Of a DNA stretch of 64,000 nucleotides, positions 39,714 through 64,000 are shown piece by piece (the first letter of the stretch is position 1; every line of letters begins with the position of its first letter). The stretch lies in contig JAQGDQ010000694.1 in assembly GCA_030141605.1 (NCBI GenBank), positions 47,343 to 111,342 of the forward strand, in the 5' to 3' direction. Below the pieces are notes generated by a model that was given only the letters and a program-made list of their open reading frames with translations, did not search any database and was not told the origin of the DNA. Source of the stretch: Tubiluchus corallicola (lineage: Eukaryota > Animalia > Priapulida). Both the position numbers and the translations under genes were made by a program.

Positions 39714-40099
39714 CAGTCGACCCTCGTTAAACCGGACCCCGTTAGGCCGGATATCGGATAAGACGGACGTCATCCGTGGTAAAGGAAACTGATCGATTTC
39801 CATCCGAGCCCGAGCGCTAAACATAACTCGGCCTACCAACTGTACAATAATTTCTTTATCCTCACTGGTTAACTATTTTAAAGTAATATACAGTATAGTA
39901 AATAGTGCACAGTATAAAGTGCAATGTGAGGATTAACTATTTTAAAGTAATATACAGTATAGTATATAGTGCAATGTATATAGGCCTTATTAAGGTGATT
40001 ATTCCTGTATAATATAGACCATTTATAGGCATATCAGATATATCGGCTAAATTGGACCACCCACCCTCCCAATTAGTCCGGTTTAACCAGGGCTGACTG
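39714..40099. mobile_element. Tigger/pogo-like MITE
   Basis: TIR CAGTCGACCCTCGTTAAACCGGAC / GTCCGGTTTAACCAGGGCTGACTG, TA flanks. Confidence 0.85.
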
Positions 40100-41602
40100 T
40101 ATGTGCATTAATACGTAGTTCACAGGCAGTCAAGTATGCAATTGAACAGGTTTACATACCGAGCTAAGAAGCTTTTCAACGAAAGAGAAAACCTATATAC
40201 GTTAAAATACTTTTAATCTTTAACAATAGATTACATATAGCTTCATAAATAAATACAACCGTAGACAAATAAATCTACATGCAAGACAGATGCATTTCCA
40301 GAACAAAAAGCTTATACATATACACAAGATAGTAACTATAGTGAAAAATCTGGATCAACCATGCTATGTCTCTATGCAAGTGTGAAATCAATAAAATAAT
40401 AGAGATATTATGGCTACATCTGGTGCAAAATATCTTTGTCCTGGAATTTTTGACATCATCAAGTGTCAGTCTAATGACTTTTTTCTGCCAATATAAACAC
40501 AACTGAGTGTCGCTTTTATGGTAATACATCCTGTTTTCAACAACGTAAATATTTTCAATACGTGACACATTAAAAGGAAACTTCAGCTAAAACACTGAGG
40601 CCACGTTCAATGGTGCTTATAAGAAAATCTCGGACTGCTGGACCACTGTGGACGTCAGCCTATCGCAAGCAGTTAAAAACCAGACATGTCAACACGCACA
40701 GATACAAGAAACTTGTACCCATTTTTTTACATTTACATCCCACCCCCACACACAATAGTTGGTAAACTAACGCTTATGCTAGCCCGCTTTCTACCACATG
40801 CGATGCACTATAATAACGGTACATATTTTGCCAGCGAGAAAGTTTTAGATACATTACATACTGTACAGATAACTCACACTTCCCGTCTTGCAGGGGTGTA
40901 GTTATATTTTAATAAATACATTCACATAATAATAAGATATTACAATACTGCTATTAAACTTGCAAGATAGTTTGTACCTGGGCTGGATTCTAATGGTTTA
41001 AGTTAATACATCAAGAGAATGATTACAAATATAACGATAACTATTCGAAGTGCACGTGTAATACACTGACCAAATTAAAAATTTATGCATAGACCATTAT
41101 CCACGTTGAGATCAGAACAAATAATACCAAAATGAAGCTGTTCGTCTGCATATTTGAAGAGTTTTTCAAAGAAAATTGTAAAAATATTACACGGTGTATT
41201 TTTTTGTAAACCATGTGAAGATATAATGGCATAAAGTGAATCAGTTTCACAAATATAATGTGAGAGAACTTTCATTATTATTAAAAAATTCAAGCACTCA
41301 TAAGAATAGGACTCTATTATAGTCTTAGACTAAATTACTGCTAGTAAGTTTCAAATGCCATAACTAACTGCATAACGATTTACCAGTGATACCAAATTTT
41401 TGCCCTAACCCATCACGTCAACCCTCGAAAGCTCACAACACCAGGCACACGTCACCGATAAATAAACAATAATGCTACACCGGACCATTATATACAAACA
41501 ACCGAAAGTTTTGCTAATAACTGAATAGTGAATTGAAAGCACTGATAATTAATTAATTAACTAAATTTAGGCAACTAAAAATAATCGCCGTCGCCGTTGC
41601 CG

Positions 41603-41724
41603 TCACGTGACTTCGCTTGGATCTTGCGAGGAATTTATCAGACCAGCCACGGATAAAATGATACCTTGTTTGTTCCCAGTGGCCGCCGATGAATCCAAAT
41701 TTCGACTCAGAGGAGACAACTTAC
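41603..41724 (-). CDS. Candidate terminal exon of kinesin heavy chain
   Basis: Strong acceptor TTTTTTGTAG. A phase-2 join gives an immediate stop (G|TAA); a phase-1 join reads GKLSPLSRNLDSSAATGNKQGIILSVAGLINSSQDPSEVT*. Confidence 0.55.
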
Positions 41725-42135
41725 CTACAAAAAACAATACAATACGTGTTATTTTGGATAAAATTCAACAACTATGATATGCAAAACTGCTTAAAACTCG
41801 GCTAGCAGTTTATTATTCTGGTATTTAACAATCAGTAATTTGAGAGCTTCACTGTAGAAATATAAAATCCAGAATATTTCAACGATTTTCCAGGCTTTTC
41901 TCGAGTTTTCGTTAAATTAAAATTCTCAAACGCAATGTTGTGAACAACCATTCAAAAAAATTAACCATCCTAGTATAATAAGAAACAGTGAAGCCAGTGA
42001 AGCACTTTTCAACAACCTACATCACAATAACATGGTTATGGTAACAACACAGTGCAATATATCTTAGAATAATGTGTTACTTTCATGCTTTAACATGCAA
42101 AACTTTATACGATACGCTCCAAAATGTCCGATTAT

Positions 42136-42531
42136 TAGGGGTGAGCATTCGCTACCATAAAGCGAATTCGAATCGAACCGAATTTGTGACTTTCGAATTC
42201 GAATCGAACCGAATTTGTGACTTTCGAATTCGAATGGAGATTGAAAGATTTTCAAACAAGTTTTCAAACCACCAGTAAAAATTAGTCTTACAAAGATCAT
42301 GCATATCACTAGATTTTGTTCTGCAATAAAACGACTAGTAATTTCTTTAAAATTGTGTGCAGAAATCACTGCTAAATTACGCTAATTGCATGATGTTTCA
42401 ATCGTTTTAGTGATCAAGAACATGTGTGATTGAAGTGCTGAATTATTCGAATCTATAGTTTTTGATTCGAATCGAGTTCGAACTGAAAAAACTCGTTCGA
42501 ATCGAATTCGAGCGTTCGATGCTCACCCCTA
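42136..42531. mobile_element. hAT MITE
   Basis: TIR TAGGGGTGAGCAT / ATGCTCACCCCTA; perfect 8-bp TSD CCGATTAT; internal ttcgaa repeats. Confidence 0.92.
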
Positions 42532-42747
42532 CCGATTATGTTGTTTCCATGCTATGTTCAATATTAAAACATGTCCGTTCCACTCACTAAAATGCTTAAT
42601 AATTAAAAAAAAGATAATTTGATGCTTAGGCAGCATCACAGTTTAGTGAAGATAAGACAGTAATTTATTATAGCTGTGCATGCTCCCGTATTAAAGTGCT
42701 CGTACATGTATTATACTTCATACAAGTATCGCCATGCCCAATTTGGA

Positions 42748-42916
42748 TTACCCATGCAACCCAGTCTCCAAGACCCCAGTAAAACTACGTCTACTTCGCC
42801 CATTTGATGCACTTGAAGCTGTCCTACCTTGGCTTTTATCAGTGGCAGTACTAGACCCTGGGCTAGATATGACCGCAACACCGTCCCTAACCTCACCACC
42901 TTGCGAACAATGCGAA
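42748..42916 (-). CDS. Candidate alternative tail exon of kinesin heavy chain
   Basis: Acceptor GGTTTTGCAG, open in the phase-2 frame: SHCSQGGEVRDGVAVISSPGSSTATDKSQ. Internal donor CAAG|GTAGGA at 42828, or read-through to TAA at 42748. Confidence 0.5.
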
Positions 42917-43078
42917 CTGCAAAACCAAGTGCATTGTGCATGGAGCATGCGTTACGAACAACTTTTAACGGCGTGCAGTGAAATGAAATAAGTGTAAAAC
43001 AAACGACAAACACGGAAGACAGGTCACAGCTTCACAGCCCACCACATCTAGAAAATAAAATTCTAGAAATCAGGTTAA

Positions 43079-43526
43079 CCCTTTCCATCCCAAATTATTT
43101 TTTAATAAGAATTTTTTTTTTGATTTGGTACTTTTGTTCAATATGTCCATCTTGTTTACACATAATAATTATTTTTTTCTATCTGCGCCCGCGTGCTAAA
43201 TATAGCCTGTATCCCACGGGATACATTGGGATTCAATGGAAGCATAAAATGTGCTTCATTTTGCAACTGCTGAAGTATTTAAGACATTTAGTATGCACGC
43301 TATGCTGATCTGTACAAAGTCGTCTCTAAGGTACTGTACCTTACGCAGTTTTTTAGGCTATGTAGATTTTCTAGTTTGCCATTTTATCGCCATTTTTAGT
43401 CTATTGTTATTGGCTTAAATCAAAATAACTATTAACAGATCACATAAATGTCAGTTTTAAAATTTTATTAATTTTAAAGGCAGAAAATATTCTCGTATTC
43501 CACGGGATACAACGGGTATGAAAGGG
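43079..43526. mobile_element. piggyBac-type MITE (second family)
   Basis: TTAA|CCCTTTC...GAAAGGG|TTAA. Confidence 0.8.
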
Positions 43527-44493
43527 TTAACAAAGAAATCACTAAAATAGTGCAGTTTAAGCGATGGTTGAATTATGCAGCTGATTAGACTAGTGAGATT
43601 TTTGTGAAACTGTCCCCTGGGCAAACACACACCTCTAGTAGCCCATCTACCACACGTATTTCACATGAACACATAACATAAATGTACTGCTGCTACGTAC
43701 AATTTTATTGGGAATTATTAGAGTTACAGTCATACCCCAGTCTGTATTTGCTGACTTTTGAATTCACTTTCTTAGATAATTTTCCCAACGAAAGAATGTT
43801 TCAGAAAACTTCTCCGTTAACTATACTGTGTTCTTACGGACATTGAAATTTTCACATTTGGTTGTTTGCGTTCTGTTTTATTACTAACAGTTTCAGCATT
43901 CACAGGAGGAAACAATGCGTCGCCAACAATGGAGTATTACTGCAAATCTATAACGCTGCTACACGTGCCAAGCTTCACAGCACGTGAATGCTAATCCAAC
44001 TATATTGACATCAAAAAATAACTACGACAAAAACACAATGTTTGAATGACACTCATGCAGTGCAAACGATAATATGGATATTGCAGTACATGCACATGCT
44101 AAAACAAACGTTCACATCTTAGTCCAGACACTGCAGAGTACGTAAAGACGTAGTTGTATTCTAAAGCACTTAAAAACATTTTGACAAGTTGCTAGAGCTG
44201 AATTTTGTACAAAAAATACGCTGTCTCAGTTTAGTTTGACAAGCACTGTAATAATCAGGCAACTTGTTATACAAGAATTTAGCATTTACTCGAAGCATTA
44301 TTCAAATTTGTTGGAAATGATCAGATGTACATGCTGAGCATATAAAGTTGTTATTCACTTGGAATATGCGAATGCAACTACATCTTTAACTTTGCAAAAG
44401 GCAACCAACCATCTACCTACCAACAACAATCAGCACTCGGCTACAAAGATACAAACGAACATGAAAAATCCATGCAAGCAATTATCAACTTAC

Positions 44494-62069
<17,576 letters not shown>

Positions 62070-64000
62070 CTACAGGAAAAATTTTGATATGTCATGACAC
62101 ACATTATAAGCATTCTATTCACTATAAAAAATTCCAAATCAAACTTTTTTAAACGTTTTGGTACAAAATAAGATATCAGCATTACAAAATTATTCCAAAT
62201 CAAAGTATTCAGTATAACACGAGGTATCAGCATTAGCATTATAAAAATTCCGAAACCAAACTTTTCGGTACAAAATGAGATATTAGCATTACACATGAAT
62301 GAATCTTTACTTGCATTTTGATTTCGTTTTTCACTTATGTGGTTTTGCGATCATATTTTTGTTTTTATTATTTGTCTGTATTAGTCTTTCATTGCTGATG
62401 GCCTTTCTTCTAATATTCTTATACTATCATACTATATACTATCAACCACTATTTGGGCTATTGACTCGTCCACAATGCTTAGGTCATAGAAAGTAACTTC
62501 GGCAAGCTGCAAGAGCTGGCTAGCACCAAGAAATGTAGGCAAAAATCAACTACTGATGCCACTCAGAGATCATTGTTCCTTTGTTCTGGTGAACAAAATG
62601 GCTTCTACAAGGTACACTCGTCTCACTAATGAGTTAATGATTTCAAAAAGACTCGAAATGTGTATCATCTTGGGGCCGTCAAAGATCGCCCATATTGCAG
62701 AAACAGGGACAGTTGACATGAACAGGGTTTCTCTTTTTTTGTGAAAATATCTACAAGAATATTAAGTTATGCAAGAATAATCTAGAATTGGTAATACATA
62801 TGTCCTCTATGGTGCAAGTAAAACTGACTTTTAGCTAAAAATCTTGTCTAAATGGTAAAACGTAGGTGAAAATGAACATTTTTCATTTATTTAATAAATT
62901 TCATTTATTTACTTTTAGTATAAATGAATTCAGATTGACAACCACAAAATGAGAAAATGAACATAATTCGAGCTGCAACAAGTACTTTCAACAAATTTAC
63001 CTTTTCACTTCCAGCCAAATCAACTAGGTACAGCTTGCCACTCAACCACAAAATGAGAAACTGAACATAATTCAAGCTGCAACAAGTACTTTTAACAAAT
63101 TTACCTTTTCACTTTCTCATTTTGTGGTTGTCAATCTAAATTTGTTTATTCTAAAAGTTAATAAATGAAATTTATTAAATAAATGAAAAGTGTTCATTTT
63201 CACCTATGTTTTCCCCTTTAGACAAGCTTTTTAGCTAAAAGTCAGTTTTACTTGCACCATAGAGGACATATGTATTACCAATTCTAGATTATTCTTGCAT
63301 AACTTAATATTCTTGTAGATATTTTCACAAAAAAAAGAGAAATCCTGTTCATGTCAGCTGTCCCTGTTTCTGCAATATGGGCGATCTTTGACGGCCCCAA
63401 GATGATACACATTTTGAGTCTTTTTGAAATCATTAACTCATTAGTGAGACGAGTGTACCTTGTAGAAGCCATTTTGTTCACCAGAACAAAGGAACAGTGA
63501 GCTCTGAGTGGCATCAGTAGTTGATTTCAGCCTACATTTCTTGGTGCTAGCCAGCTCTTGCAGCTAGCCGAATTTACTTTTTATGACCTAAACATTGTGG
63601 ACGAGTCAATAGCCCAAATAGTGGTTGATAGTATATAGTATGATAGTATAAGAATATTAGAAGAAAGGCCATCAGCAATGAAAGACTAATACAGACAAAT
63701 AATAAAAACAAAAATATGATCGCAAAACCACATAAGTGAAAAACGAAATCAAAATGCAAGTAAAGATTCATTCATGTGTAATGCTAATATCTCATTTTGT
63801 ACCGAAAAGTTTGGTTTCGGAATTTTTATAATGCTAATGCTGATACCTCGTGTTATACTGAATACTTTGATTTGGAATAATTTTGTAATGCTGATATCTT
63901 ATTTTGTACCAAAACGTTTAAAAAAGTTTGATTTGGAATTTTTTATAGTGAATAGAATGCTTATAATGTGTGTCATGACATATCAAAATTTTTCCTGTAG
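62070..64000. repeat. Large inverted repeat (foldback): arms 62070-62961 and 63108-64000, ~146-bp spacer; may continue past the window
   Basis: The arms are reverse complements; duplicated ORFs 62299+/63771- and 62556+/63514- confirm this. Confidence 0.97.

Noticed and set aside
62299-63771. Paired hydrophobic 65-aa ORFs and paired 62/76-aa ORFs
   Set aside because: Mirror images from the inverted repeat in AT-rich sequence. A faint cysteine-rich transposase-like reading at 62640-62790 is too broken to call.

Overview
AT-rich, intron-rich animal genomic DNA (invertebrate; the kinesin stalk/tail reads protostome-like, which is an inference). I found no prokaryotic content. Four genes can be assembled by hand from GT-AG exons: the first coding exon of Par3/bazooka (minus, 15017-15136; the rest lies left of the window), RNF146/Iduna (minus, 2 coding exons, ~287 aa), a complete eIF3e/Int6 (plus, 11 coding exons, 437 aa, head-to-head with RNF146), and kinesin-1 heavy chain (minus, 15 core exons from mid-motor to tail plus candidate alternative tail exons; 5' exons lie right of the window). 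Introns and intergenic DNA carry many MITEs (hAT with 8-bp TSDs, piggyBac TTAA, Tc1/pogo TA, Kolobok-like), LINE remnants, a tRNA-derived SINE, a solo LTR and minisatellites. The most unusual items: (1) a >=1.9-kb foldback palindrome whose arm includes a kinesin 3' splice site; (2) a minisatellite of 20-nt GT...AG units copying a kinesin splice donor 16 times; (3) candidate frame-switching alternative kinesin tails, one ending in a CaaX box; (4) RNF146-eIF3e adjacency, which mirrors vertebrate RSPO3-RNF146 and RSPO2-EIF3E neighbourhoods. Coordinates were counted by eye and repeat boundaries may be off by a few bases. No searches were run.
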